A stretch of 64,000 bases of DNA from NCBI RefSeq assembly GCF_056746865.1, contig NZ_CM163382.1. One strand, 5' to 3'. Shown here one piece after another: positions 1 to 9,509 of the stretch (positions within the stretch are counted from its first letter, which is position 1; every line of letters starts with the position of its first letter). The translations under genes and the position numbers were made by a program. The notes beneath the pieces are model-generated. The model did no database searches. It was not told where the DNA came from and saw only the letters and a program-made list of their open reading frames with translations.

Positions 1-28
1 GCGGTAATACCACCGCCCGCTTGCTGAA

Positions 29-1075
29 TTAACGTCCTGCTTTCAGCTTCTGATAATACTCTTCATAAATGCTGCTGGCTGCGCCAACGTCATTCTGCCA
101 TTCACCATTTTTAATGGTTTCAGCATCCGGGTAGAGCGTTTTATCGTTCGCCACTTCCGGACTTAACAGCTTACGCGCCGCAAGGTTTGGCGTTGGATAA
201 CCGATAGTTTCAGCAACCTGTTTTGCCACATCCGGGCGCAGCAGGAAGTTGATCAATTTCAGCGCGCCTTCTTTGTTTTTGGCATTTGCTGGGATCGCCA
301 GGCTGTCCATCCAGAAAATGCCGCCTTCTTTCGGCCACACCACATCAATTGGCGTACCCGCCTGGCGTGCAACGAAAGCAGAACCGTTCCAGATCATGCC
401 GAGGTTAACTTCGCCTTCCATATACGGGTTCGCCGGGTTATCGGAGTTAAACGCCGCGACGTTTGGCATCAGTTTTTTCAGCTCGTTGTATGCAGCTTCA
501 ATCTCTTTCGGATCGGTGGTGTTACCGGAGTAGCCCAGCTTACGCAGCGCCATCTGGAACACTTCACGGGCATCGTCGGTCAGCAGCAGGCTGCCTTTGT
601 ACTCAGGCTTCCACAGATCGGCCCAGCTGGTAACGGATTTGGGATCCACCGCATCACCATTAACACCAATCGCCGTCGCACCCCAGATATACGGAATGGA
701 GTAGTCGTTATTCGGGTCAAACGGCTTATTGAGCATGTCTGGATCGAGGTTGCTGAAATTGCTTAACTTCGACTTGTCGATCTTCTGGATCATCCCTTGT
801 TTACGCATTTTATCGACGTAATAGGTTGAAGGAACCACCAGGTCATAGGCACCGTCTTTGTACGTTTTCAGCTTGGCATACATGGTTTCGTTCGACTCGT
901 AAGTCGAATAGATAACCTTAATACCGGTTTCTTTGGTGAACTGTTCAAGCAGTCCTGGTGGCACGTACTCGGTCCAGTTGTAAAAATACAGCGTGTTGTT
1001 GTCATCGGCGTGAGCGGCGCTCATGCCCAGTGCCAGAGCACCCGCCGCGAGCAGGTGGCGTGACCATTTTTTCAT
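29..1075 (-). CDS. potD: Spermidine/putrescine ABC transporter periplasmic binding protein
   Basis: 348-aa ORF with N-terminal signal peptide (MKKWSRHLLAAGALALGMSAAHA); recognised as PotD; last gene of the pot operon. Confidence 0.92.
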   Translation of the reverse strand: MKKWSRHLLAAGALALGMSAAHADDNNTLYFYNWTEYVPPGLLEQFTKETGIKVIYSTYESNETMYAKLKTYKDGAYDLVVPSTYYVDKMRKQGMIQKIDKSKLSNFSNLDPDMLNKPFDPNNDYSIPYIWGATAIGVNGDAVDPKSVTSWADLWKPEYKGSLLLTDDAREVFQMALRKLGYSGNTTDPKEIEAAYNELKKLMPNVAAFNSDNPANPYMEGEVNLGMIWNGSAFVARQAGTPIDVVWPKEGGIFWMDSLAIPANAKNKEGALKLINFLLRPDVAKQVAETIGYPTPNLAARKLLSPEVANDKTLYPDAETIKNGEWQNDVGAASSIYEEYYQKLKAGR

Positions 1076-1866
1076 TTAACGTCCCCTGTGTTACCTTTCG
1101 TTTTATCACGAGCAATAAGCTGGCTGGCAATTACCATCACCAGCGACAGCACCAGTAATATGGTTGCCAGCGCGTTAACTTCCGGCGATACGCCGACTTT
1201 GACCATCGAATAAATTTTTAACGGCAGAATTTCATAGCTTGGTCCGGTGACGAACGAAGAAACTACTACATCGTCCATCGACAGGGTAAAGCTTAACACC
1301 CAGCCCGCCGCTACCGCTGGCATTGCCAGTGGCAGAATGATTTTTCGCAGAATGGTAAATTCGCTGGCACCGAGATCTTTCGCCGCTTCCAGCATTCGCA
1401 CGTCAAAACCTTTCAGGCGCGAATACACTGTCACCACCACAAATGGCAGGCAGAAGGTGATATGCGAGAACAGCAGCGACCAGAAGCCAAGCTGAATACC
1501 CAGCAGCATAAACAGCACCAGCAGAGAAATCGCCATCACAATATCTGGCGACATCATCACCACAAACAGCATTCCGCTAACGAATGGCTTACCGCGAAAG
1601 CGATAACGGTACAGCGCAACTGCAGTCAGTGAACCGATAAGCGTAGCAAACGTCGCTGAAAACACCGCCATCGTCAATGAATGCTGAGCTGCCTGCAACA
1701 GACTGTCGTTGTTCATCAGCAGGCTATACCATTTAGTGGTAAAACCCTGCCAGTTGATGCCAAAGCGCGAGCTGTTAAAGGAGTTCACAATCAAAATAAT
1801 GATTGGGATATACAGGTACGCGTAGATAGCGGTCATAAAACCGCCGCGAAGCAGTCGACCGATCAT
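1072..1866 (-). CDS. potC: Spermidine/putrescine ABC transporter permease
   Basis: 264-aa polytopic membrane ORF; stop overlaps potD start; RBS GAAGGTGG upstream of the ATG. Confidence 0.92.
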   Translation of the reverse strand: MIGRLLRGGFMTAIYAYLYIPIIILIVNSFNSSRFGINWQGFTTKWYSLLMNNDSLLQAAQHSLTMAVFSATFATLIGSLTAVALYRYRFRGKPFVSGMLFVVMMSPDIVMAISLLVLFMLLGIQLGFWSLLFSHITFCLPFVVVTVYSRLKGFDVRMLEAAKDLGASEFTILRKIILPLAMPAVAAGWVLSFTLSMDDVVVSSFVTGPSYEILPLKIYSMVKVGVSPEVNALATILLVLSLVMVIASQLIARDKTKGNTGDVK

Positions 1867-1874
1867 TCGAGTTC

Positions 1875-1887
1875 CACCTTCTTATTC
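1875..1887. other. Prophage attachment site core, int-proximal (attL); 13-bp CACCTTCTTATTC
   Basis: Exact 13-bp direct repeat of 44579..44591; lies between the potC start and the integrase gene. Confidence 0.6.
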
Positions 1888-2032
1888 ATAAGGCGGGACA
1901 CTTTCAGGATTTTGAATTTATTCAATTTTTCCCTTTCTCCAAAATCTCTCCAAAACGTTTCCCCAAAACTAGGCCACGCATTTTACAACACTTTTTTCCT
2001 GAGATGGTGACGGATATTCCATATGGTGTTTG

Positions 2033-3151
2033 TCAAATAACCAACTTAACCCATTCCTGACCTCGAGTATCGTTATAGCGATCGGTGGTTGCCTGGACTT
2101 TATGTCCTAGTAATGTTTTTGTATCGATACCCTGTGCACGGTACAGCCGTTCTGATAGAGAGCGTTGTTCATGAAATGTTGGCGGAGTTTTTCCTGCTGG
2201 TGGAATTATCCCAGCCAGATCCCGTGCTTTGGCAAAGTAGTCGCTCAGGTTGTCTTTACTCATCGGCTTCGGTTGTTTCTGGTGCCGACTATGGATTAGA
2301 TATGGACTTAATATTCTGTCTCGGCACCCATCAATAACTTCTTTTAACGTTATCCCAATGGCATCACAGCGTAGTGTAAGCGGTAACGCCAGACGCATTC
2401 CGGTTTTTCCCTGGGTGATATGCAAGTGTTCGTTCCACACATCTGAAAAACGCATGTGGCAAATGTCATCACGGCGCTGACCAGTAACAATCGCAAGAAG
2501 CATTGCGTTACGGATAAAGTGTTTTTCAGGCGTTGCATTGTAAATTTTTTGCCAGTCTTCCATGGTGAGCCTGGCTCTGGTTACTTTAGGGATCGGTTTA
2601 CGGGTAGCCTCCGGAGGATTCCATCCAGGAGGAACTTCCCCTGCATGCTGTGCTTCTTTATAAATATCAACCCATAATCCACGATTTACTCTCGCTGTGC
2701 TGACCATGTCTTTATCCAGCCACTCATCCAGTATTAATGCAAAGTCTCTTACTTCCAGTTCTTTCAATGGGTGGTTTCCCAGACGGGAAACCAGGTATGC
2801 AGCCATTCGAGTTTTTTCTTTGTGAGTTGTAGCTGCAATATCTCCATTTTTCAGTCGCGTGTTCTGTATTTTCAGATATCGATCAACCCATGCCTTTAAT
2901 CTGATACCCCGACGTTTTGTTGCTGACGGACTTTCATCAATTTTGCGCATGAAATATTCAGCTTCTGCTGCAGCTATTCGCTGATTGGCTGTGGAAGCGA
3001 TTTTTTCTGCCTTACCTTTGTCTGTTCCGAGTCCGTGAAATTTTCCAGTCACAGGATTTTTATACTGGTAGTAAACTCTGCCAGTTCTGCGATCAAACTT
3101 TTCGTAAAGACCGGCTACGTCAGTGCTGTTTTTTCGTGGCCTCGGTGACAT
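2033..3151 (-). CDS. int: Phage tyrosine integrase (lambda Int family)
   Basis: 372 aa; C-terminal LLGHKVQATTDRYNDTRGQEWVKL resembles the lambda Int catalytic tail; adjacent to att core. Confidence 0.9.
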   Translation of the reverse strand: MSPRPRKNSTDVAGLYEKFDRRTGRVYYQYKNPVTGKFHGLGTDKGKAEKIASTANQRIAAAEAEYFMRKIDESPSATKRRGIRLKAWVDRYLKIQNTRLKNGDIAATTHKEKTRMAAYLVSRLGNHPLKELEVRDFALILDEWLDKDMVSTARVNRGLWVDIYKEAQHAGEVPPGWNPPEATRKPIPKVTRARLTMEDWQKIYNATPEKHFIRNAMLLAIVTGQRRDDICHMRFSDVWNEHLHITQGKTGMRLALPLTLRCDAIGITLKEVIDGCRDRILSPYLIHSRHQKQPKPMSKDNLSDYFAKARDLAGIIPPAGKTPPTFHEQRSLSERLYRAQGIDTKTLLGHKVQATTDRYNDTRGQEWVKLVI

Positions 3152-3389
3152 GAGTTAAAATCTCCTTCAGTGCATCATCATCGCCAGTATGAATTTCCGG
3201 CGCAATTCCCGTTTCACCAGGCCCAACAAATACTGCTCGGCGATCTATCAGCCAACGCCCACGAATTTTTTGTGGTCTTGGAACGATGTATCCTAGTTTT
3301 CCGTATTTCACCAGGGTAGTGTTTGTTATTGGGAGACTGAACCGTTTTGGTTTCCACTCGTCGAGCGTTATCAGGTACTGTTCGCTCAT
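3120..3389 (-). CDS. xis: Excisionase (Xis-like)
   Basis: Small basic ORF directly upstream of int and overlapping it; GGAG 8 nt before the ATG at 3389 (track ORF extends to a GTG at 3398). Confidence 0.65.
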   Translation of the reverse strand: MSEQYLITLDEWKPKRFSLPITNTTLVKYGKLGYIVPRPQKIRGRWLIDRRAVFVGPGETGIAPEIHTGDDDALKEILTHVTEATKKQH

Positions 3390-3450
3390 GGCTATCACTC
3401 CGGAACGCGCCAGTTGCAGAATATCAACGACAACTGGCGACGGTTGAACA

Positions 3451-5889
3451 TTAAAAATCAGCCTGACTCGGGATCAGTTTTTGCCAGATAACTGAAACGT
3501 ATTTTGCCTGGTAACGGGCGTCATCAAGTGCATTATGGCGCTCACCTTCGAATGGAATAGCCGTTCTGGCATCGAAGTCTATGGCTTTCCCCAGCTCAAC
3601 GATTGTGCGTACATCTCGATCGTTGTAGTAACGCCACGGGCAGGGGATCCCCTGCCGTTCGTATGAACGGCGCAAAATCGTGTTGTCGAAGTTGGCTCCA
3701 TTTCCCCAGACCTGAACAAAAAATTCACCGGAGTTTTCGTCGATAAATTCCCGCAATTGTAACAGTGCATCATCTAACGGGATTTCATCGGTCATAATGG
3801 CAGATTGCGCTTCGCGTGATTGCTTAAGCCACCATTTAATGGTGTCCCGATCAATGACCCCGCCAGCAGTTTCCAGATCGATAGTCTTACTAAATTCCGG
3901 TCCCATATCTCCGGTTTGCGGATCGAAAAATATTGCACCTATTGAGATGATCGGGGCATCAGGATTTTTTCCCATGGTTTCAAGGTCGATCATTAGATGG
4001 TCACACGTCCTGCTGGTGGATGTGATAACGTGATGACCGTTCACCGTAATTAAGGGATCTGCCGTCTCGCCAGTTTCACTATCGCTGGCGTGATCCTGAG
4101 CGCTGCCAGCATTCTCCTTGTGTGGATGTTCAGCGCCTTCCATTTCCTTCGGATCATTTTCCTGAACTTCAACCTGATTCTCTTCATCGAATGTTTCCTG
4201 GTATGTTGCGTCGCCCATCACCGCGCCACAATCAGGGCAGTTGCCGCCGCCGGTCTGACCGCAGGCGGTGCAGATCTTTTCCGGTTCCTGTTGCACTACT
4301 GGTTCAGGTTGTTTCGTTTCTGGCTCGTTTTGTAACGCATTTGGGCTGTTTTGTTCCGCTTTCTGGTCGTTCTGTTCCGATTCTTGCTGGTTCTGGTTTA
4401 CAGAATCGCGGGTTTCAATCCCCTTTACCCATTTCGGATCATTCGGGTCGCTAATCCCTGCAACAAATTCTCCGCGAGAGGCAGCAAGCAACTTATCGGC
4501 GTCAGGCTGGCTGATATTGGCTGCCTGCATAATTTTGTTTACTTCGTCAGCGGTAACTTTTACCTGTGACTTGTCATCCAGCGGCTGCGGGTCCTGATGA
4601 TGTTCAACTGTATCCGCTGCCATTGTTTCAGCCGTTGCCTGTTCATCTGCCATTGCGCCAGATGGTTGCGGGTTATCTTCATCATTTTTTTCTTCTTCTG
4701 TTTTGCACTCAGCAGCCAGTCCGCCGTTAATTTCTTCCAGGATATCTTTTTCCGGTGTATGCCGGGCAGCCATGAGCGTTTCAGCTGTGGGATTCTCGTG
4801 ATCAGTTTCTGTCAGGTTGGCATTGATATACCCCTGAAGGCGCCCCGGGTAGTGATAAAACTCAGGGTGGGCGCTTCGGATAAGTGCAAAAATAGCTGCG
4901 CGGGAATAGTCCAGGATACCAGGGGTTGCGCGAAGTGCTGCGGACCATTCCCTGAACGGACTTTCTTTTTTCAGGACGATTTCTTTTGCGCGACGATAAA
5001 CGCTGCCCGGAATTTCATAAATATTAAAATCCATCGGAAGTGTGGCTGCTGCAATCTCCACATCCAGCGCATCGAAGGTGTGTACTAAATTCGGATTGCG
5101 ATCGGTTTTGTTCCCGCCACCGGCATTTGCACCGGAAGCCGTACGGGTGATACGCGAAACACGATTTCCTTTCATCCACTCTTTTGTCAGCAGACCCCGA
5201 TCAGTGTAATCAGCGTCCAGGTATGCCTCGAAAAAAGCAGTTATCAGTCCCAGGTCTGAATTACCGGGATTAGGGAAAACTTTGTCAGTGTCGCGTACCA
5301 GTTTGTGAAGGTCGCGAATCTCCAGCGGGTCGAGCAGCTTTGTTTTGTGAGAAATGGCCAGGGCAGTAACAGCCGGCAGTTCTTCCGCCCGTGCTATATG
5401 TAATGCCTGAAGTTCTTCCCGTGCAACGTGCGTTACTGGTTTTTCGCTGCTGTGTTGCGCAAGCCAGCGAATGGGCAGCTCCTGACCAGAAACCGGCAGG
5501 AGCATATTCTCCTCAATCTCCGTCATGTCTTCGCCGTTGACGTTGGTATTGTCAGTACTGGCTGGTTTCTCCTGCACGGAGGGAGAGGGCGCGATAAATA
5601 CCATTGTAATGCCATCTTCCCCGCCTTTTTCGTATCGGTTGCAGAATTCGGTATCAAACACGCCTTCAGGTGGAAGGTCATTCACAACGGGTAAATGGAC
5701 GCGAACGGGTTTTTTAAAGTCGTCTTCATCATAATCGTTGTCATCCATTGCGGTAATGCAGCGGGAGATGGCAACAGATAATTTTTTTGCTGTAGTCCAG
5801 TAAAAACCACCTTTAATTCCCAGACGTTTTCTGACTTTGTCATTTTTTGCTTCGCAATATAGCGCAAATTCTTCTTTATCAGTGCTCAT
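3451..5889 (-). CDS. Large prophage exonuclease-like protein (DEDDh-type 3'-5' exonuclease C-terminal domain, acidic linker, Cys4 zinc ribbon)
   Basis: 812 aa; C-terminal motifs [23 protein letters not shown] resemble DnaQ-like Exo I/II/III; CTACG...CPDCG zinc ribbon; position equivalent to recE/exo in lambdoid early-left operons. Confidence 0.6.
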   Translation of the reverse strand: MSTDKEEFALYCEAKNDKVRKRLGIKGGFYWTTAKKLSVAISRCITAMDDNDYDEDDFKKPVRVHLPVVNDLPPEGVFDTEFCNRYEKGGEDGITMVFIAPSPSVQEKPASTDNTNVNGEDMTEIEENMLLPVSGQELPIRWLAQHSSEKPVTHVAREELQALHIARAEELPAVTALAISHKTKLLDPLEIRDLHKLVRDTDKVFPNPGNSDLGLITAFFEAYLDADYTDRGLLTKEWMKGNRVSRITRTASGANAGGGNKTDRNPNLVHTFDALDVEIAAATLPMDFNIYEIPGSVYRRAKEIVLKKESPFREWSAALRATPGILDYSRAAIFALIRSAHPEFYHYPGRLQGYINANLTETDHENPTAETLMAARHTPEKDILEEINGGLAAECKTEEEKNDEDNPQPSGAMADEQATAETMAADTVEHHQDPQPLDDKSQVKVTADEVNKIMQAANISQPDADKLLAASRGEFVAGISDPNDPKWVKGIETRDSVNQNQQESEQNDQKAEQNSPNALQNEPETKQPEPVVQQEPEKICTACGQTGGGNCPDCGAVMGDATYQETFDEENQVEVQENDPKEMEGAEHPHKENAGSAQDHASDSETGETADPLITVNGHHVITSTSRTCDHLMIDLETMGKNPDAPIISIGAIFFDPQTGDMGPEFSKTIDLETAGGVIDRDTIKWWLKQSREAQSAIMTDEIPLDDALLQLREFIDENSGEFFVQVWGNGANFDNTILRRSYERQGIPCPWRYYNDRDVRTIVELGKAIDFDARTAIPFEGERHNALDDARYQAKYVSVIWQKLIPSQADF

Positions 5890-5981
5890 TGATAAACCTC
5901 ATTACAGATTTAAGGGTGAACAAATCCCTGCCATTGCTGGCATTTTTAATCCGTTGGTATGGTGTTAATATGGCTGGAGGG

Positions 5982-6170
5982 TTATCCAGCCGGTGTTTCG
6001 TTATTCAGGTACAGCGATACTTTTTTTACCGGGAGGCATTCACCAGAAATTTTTTGCTCGTCTCTTGCCTGGAGGCAGGATTCTTTACTGGCATAAATTC
6101 CGGTAATCACATTCTGTGATTCACCCGTTATAAGAAAAACCGTCATCATCAGTGCAAATGCTGAAGTCAT
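5982..6170 (-). CDS. ydfD: YdfD-like small protein
   Basis: 62-aa ORF immediately downstream of dicB-like gene, as in the Qin dicB operon; N-terminal hydrophobic stretch. Confidence 0.45.
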   Translation of the reverse strand: MTSAFALMMTVFLITGESQNVITGIYASKESCLQARDEQKISGECLPVKKVSLYLNNETPAG

Positions 6171-6355
6171 TGACGCTCTCCGAAAATACCAAGTTCAAGA
6201 AGAGCAATTCGGGAAAGTATGGAATTATCATTGAGCAGATAAGGCTCATATTTCCTCATATTAATGGCATCTTCAGTAAACTCCCGGTTACTGAGCAGAA
6301 CACCAATATCAAAACAACCTTCAGACGTATTAACGTTTGGTAATAACGTTTCCAT
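6167..6355 (-). CDS. dicB: DicB-like cell-division inhibitor
   Basis: 62 aa, METLLPNVNTSEGCFDIGV...FTEDAIN closely matches the DicB N-terminus as recalled; sits downstream of a DicF-like sRNA. Confidence 0.75.
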   Translation of the reverse strand: METLLPNVNTSEGCFDIGVLLSNREFTEDAINMRKYEPYLLNDNSILSRIALLELGIFGERQ

Positions 6356-6532
6356 TATCGCGTCCTCAACAATGAATTTTGTGATGCAGTGCCTGGTGCC
6401 TCCAGGTGACGTTAACCAGTTAACAATTAACGCCGGGTTAGTTGATGCTCGTTACGCCAGTAAAAGACCGCCTTACTGCTTTAACTGTTCCGCGTGCGCA
6501 TAGCCGCATTCACCGCATCACAAAATTCACTT

Positions 6533-6590
6533 TAAAAAGGGCGGCAGAGCAGTCACGGAGTAAAACTGATACCGCCAAACGTCACCAGAA
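6533..6590 (-). ncRNA. dicF: DicF small RNA (ftsZ-targeting sRNA) with intrinsic terminator
   Basis: Minus-strand sequence TTTCTGGTGACGTTTGGCGGTATCAGTTTTACTCCGTGACTGCTCTGCCGCCCTTTTT matches DicF as recalled; GC hairpin plus T-run; conserved position upstream of dicB. Confidence 0.75.
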
Positions 6591-6895
6591 AATTGATAAC
6601 AGAGGGCGTTGCAGCGGGGTTGTCACTTAAGCGTATGGTCAACCTGACAACCCGGTGTCCTCAACGGGGAAGGAATAACCCCGTCATACTTACCGCCGCG
6701 CCATTTCGCGGAGTGTCACAACCGGAAGCGCACGGTCGACGAAAATTTAACGACAGGCTATCTATGAACCAGCTACCTCGCCGTGCGCTTTCGCGTTATG
6801 GTCTGACTTTTCATGGAAATATCCTTTCAGTAAACTGTCAGTGCCGGATTCTTATCCGTGTCCGGCGCACGCACTCTACCTCACCTGTGAATAAA

Positions 6896-7270
6896 TTAAT
6901 GATTAATTGATATTTTGTTGTTTGATTCAACTTTCCCATCGGATGTGTGATGCTTTAAATCACAGGAATTAATACTGCTTGCTGTAAAATGATTTTCAAG
7001 GGGAGCTATTCGAATCCCTTTCTTTTTCATTAACAAGCCAAATCCTTTATTAATGATGTCCATTAATTCCAGAAAGTATTTTTCATGTAAATCCTGGTTA
7101 TCAGAGAGCTGCTTCTCTTCGTACAGCCCGATAAAGGCTCGGCGTACGTTACCGGATATATTGTCGATGGTTTCTTTTTCTACGGTACTCAGGTCAAGAG
7201 TCGCCAGTTGAGAGCGAACCACATTCGCTGCCATTTCCTGGAATGGCATTGGTAAATCTTTAAATTCCAT
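6896..7270 (-). CDS. Hypothetical protein, 124 aa
   Basis: ORF in the early-left operon between ydfC-like gene and dicF; no recognisable motif. Confidence 0.4.
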   Translation of the reverse strand: MEFKDLPMPFQEMAANVVRSQLATLDLSTVEKETIDNISGNVRRAFIGLYEEKQLSDNQDLHEKYFLELMDIINKGFGLLMKKKGIRIAPLENHFTASSINSCDLKHHTSDGKVESNNKISINH

Positions 7271-7292
7271 TATTAGCCTCGTTGGTTAGCTA

Positions 7293-7511
7293 TTAACGCG
7301 GGTATGTAATCATTCTGGCAATGCTTAATGCCGCTGCTTTTTCCAGCCTGGTGATATCCTGCTCCAGAGCGGACAGATTTTCAGCCTGCTTAGCCCTGGC
7401 TTCATTGGCCCATTTCAGGTCCTGCGCAGCCTTAATTTTCTGGTGTATCCACTCATAAAGTTCATCATCGGTATAGTCTGGCGCGATGATGACGGGTTCT
7501 CGTTTCTGCAT
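7293..7511 (-). CDS. ydfC: YdfC-like protein
   Basis: 72 aa; operon position after ydfA/ydfB homologues as in Qin. Confidence 0.5.
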   Translation of the reverse strand: MQKREPVIIAPDYTDDELYEWIHQKIKAAQDLKWANEARAKQAENLSALEQDITRLEKAAALSIARMITYPR

Positions 7512-7540
7512 ACTGATTCCTCGCGGTGCTGTTTCGCTTA

Positions 7541-7669
7541 TCAGCCGTTAGATTTTGCCGAACTGGAAAGCGCCTGTTTAAACTCACTGAAGCTGAGGGC
7601 TTCTTCGCCTTCGGCAAGGCCTTCGAAGTATTCTTCGTAAGCCTTTTCCATGATTGTGTTGAAATCCAT
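7541..7669 (-). CDS. ydfB: YdfB-like small protein (42 aa)
   Basis: Minus-strand ORF MDFNTIMEKAYEEYFEGLAEGEEALSFSEFKQALSSSAKSNG found by manual translation; below the 60-aa track cutoff. Confidence 0.5.
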   Translation of the reverse strand: MDFNTIMEKAYEEYFEGLAEGEEALSFSEFKQALSSSAKSNG

Positions 7670-7670
7670 A

Positions 7671-7826
7671 TCACTCACCTGAGTTTCTTTCCAGCCAGCG
7701 ACGGGCACCATTTTCGGTTTTAAACGTTTTGCTTTTGGTATACGTCATCGCGGTGAACGTACCGTCCTGGTTGGGGAACACGCCACATACCAGAGATTCG
7801 CTGTTGCCAAGATCGATAGTATCCAT
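7671..7826 (-). CDS. ydfA: YdfA-like small protein (51 aa)
   Basis: Internal Met of track ORF 7671..7907 (MDTIDLGNSESLV...); GAGG RBS upstream; first gene of the leftward early operon. Confidence 0.5.
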   Translation of the reverse strand: MDTIDLGNSESLVCGVFPNQDGTFTAMTYTKSKTFKTENGARRWLERNSGE

Positions 7827-8070
7827 GCTGACCTCATTTCCCCTTAACGCCGGGGTAGCGGAACAAAAACCTGCTGCATAGTTATTAAAGTTGAACCCTG
7901 CCGTCATGTTCTTACGCCTCGGGCTGGCTACTTAACCCCTGACCACTGCCGGGTAACTCGAAGTATTTCCCTGCGTTCTGTGGGGCGGGGTGGGTTGGTA
8001 TGTTGTTAATGTAACAAGAGTTACCTTTCGAGTCAATACAATGTTGCAAAAGGTACATTTGAGGGCATAA

Positions 8071-8095
8071 AAAACCCGCAATGAATGCGGGTTCT
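8071..8095 (-). terminator. Intrinsic terminator downstream of repressor gene
   Basis: Hairpin ACCCGCA-ttca-TGCGGGT followed by T-run on the minus strand, immediately 3' of cI stop. Confidence 0.5.
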
Positions 8096-8098
8096 GAC

Positions 8099-8872
8099 TC
8101 AGTCTAAGTATTGATGTATTTGTGAAACTTTACCTTTAATGGTGTAACCACCATTCAGTTCGATGGGTTTGTAAAGCGGATTCAGTGACAACAAATAGAT
8201 GTTTGGTCCGTCAATCGCAACTTTTTTTAGTGTTACGTTTGGCGTTCCTTCCAATTGGATTAAGATTATTTTTCCCACCAGTTCTCTAATGTTACTTGAG
8301 CATGGTGTGATCAGCACGGTAGATCCGTCGGGGATGGTTGGGAGGCCGTTAGAGTTTGTCATCGCATCTCCCTCAACATGCAATAAAAAAGAGTTTTCAG
8401 CGGTTTTTGTCATGACATCAACCCAGTTATTAATACCAGGAATCTTGGTTACTGGACAACTCATATCCCAATAACCAGCCTGTTCCCACGTTAAAACGGG
8501 CAACCGGGCGATGTTGTCACTAATGTAAGGGTACTGATTCAGACGCAGATCATCGGTTTTATCGTGACAGTCCTTTCCATAAAGAATCCATTCAGGAGAT
8601 TTGGAAAGCAATTTTGACAGTAGATACAAATTCTCACCGTCAGGTTTTGAAGAGCCATTTTCCCATTTTGTTACGGATACACGAGATATGCCGATTGCTT
8701 TCGCAACCTGCTGTTGGGTTAATCCAACGTCTTTTCGACGATTCCGAATACGTTCGCTGATAGTGTTTTTCATGTAACCAATGTTACTACCAAGTGATGT
8801 TGCTATGGTTGACATTGTTATGTAACTATTGTTACCCTTCTGCTCGAAATAACAGGAGAGTTTTATGTTCAA
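8099..8872 (-). CDS. cI: CI-like phage repressor (XRE HTH plus S24 LexA-like peptidase domain)
   Basis: HTH region GLTQQQVAKAIGISRVSVTKWENG; C-terminal S24-like region; divergent from cro-like gene; likely true start at ATG 8815 (MSTIATSLG). Confidence 0.85.
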   Translation of the reverse strand: MNIKLSCYFEQKGNNSYITMSTIATSLGSNIGYMKNTISERIRNRRKDVGLTQQQVAKAIGISRVSVTKWENGSSKPDGENLYLLSKLLSKSPEWILYGKDCHDKTDDLRLNQYPYISDNIARLPVLTWEQAGYWDMSCPVTKIPGINNWVDVMTKTAENSFLLHVEGDAMTNSNGLPTIPDGSTVLITPCSSNIRELVGKIILIQLEGTPNVTLKKVAIDGPNIYLLSLNPLYKPIELNGGYTIKGKVSQIHQYLD

Positions 8873-9080
8873 AGATGATGTTCTGCGCTATTTCAAAAAA
8901 AAGCGACTAGTAGCTGAGGCTCTTGGAATTTCACATGTGGCTGTTGTGCGGTGGAAAGCAGTTATTCCCAAACTTCGCGCAATGGAACTGGATGAAATTA
9001 CTAACGGTGAATTGAAATACAACCCAGAACTTTACAAGAAGCAGGATAGCACCTCGAACGAAGGAAAGAATGATTCATGA
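8865..9080 (+). CDS. cro: Cro-like HTH regulator
   Basis: 71 aa, LVAEALGISHVAVVRWK HTH; strong RBS AGGAGAG; divergent from cI. Confidence 0.7.
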   Translation: MFKDDVLRYFKKKRLVAEALGISHVAVVRWKAVIPKLRAMELDEITNGELKYNPELYKKQDSTSNEGKNDS

Positions 9081-9502
9081 AAATCAAGCATGAACACATC
9101 CGCATGGCGATGAATGTCTGGGCGCATCCGGACGGCGAAAAAGTACCGGCTGCGAAAATTACCAAAGCGTATTTCGAGCTGGGAATGACGTTCCCGGAAC
9201 TGTATGACGACAGCCATCCGGAAGCCCTGGCCCGTAATACCCAGAAAATTTTCCGTTGGCTGGATAAAGACACCCCTGATGCTGTTGAAAAAATGCAGGC
9301 TCTGTTACCGGCGATCGAAAAGGCGATGCCGCCTTTGCTGGTGGCCCGTATGCGCAGCCACAGTTCTGAATATTACCGTGAGATCGTCGAACGGAGGGAT
9401 CGGCTGGTGAAGGATGTCGATGATTTTGTTGCGTCAGCGGTTGTTTTGTATGACCAGATGAATCGCGGCGGCCCGGCAGGGAATGCTGTGGTGATGCACT
9501 AA
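9077..9502 (+). CDS. YdaT-like protein (CII-position regulator/toxin family)
   Basis: 141 aa starting MKIKHEHI, as Rac YdaT; ATGA overlap with cro stop. Confidence 0.55.
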   Translation: MKIKHEHIRMAMNVWAHPDGEKVPAAKITKAYFELGMTFPELYDDSHPEALARNTQKIFRWLDKDTPDAVEKMQALLPAIEKAMPPLLVARMRSHSSEYYREIVERRDRLVKDVDDFVASAVVLYDQMNRGGPAGNAVVMH

Positions 9503-9509
9503 AAGCACG

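Noticed and set aside
4597-5088. 163-aa plus-strand ORF antisense to the exonuclease gene
   Set aside because: Cys-rich low-complexity translation overlapping a supported gene on the other strand.
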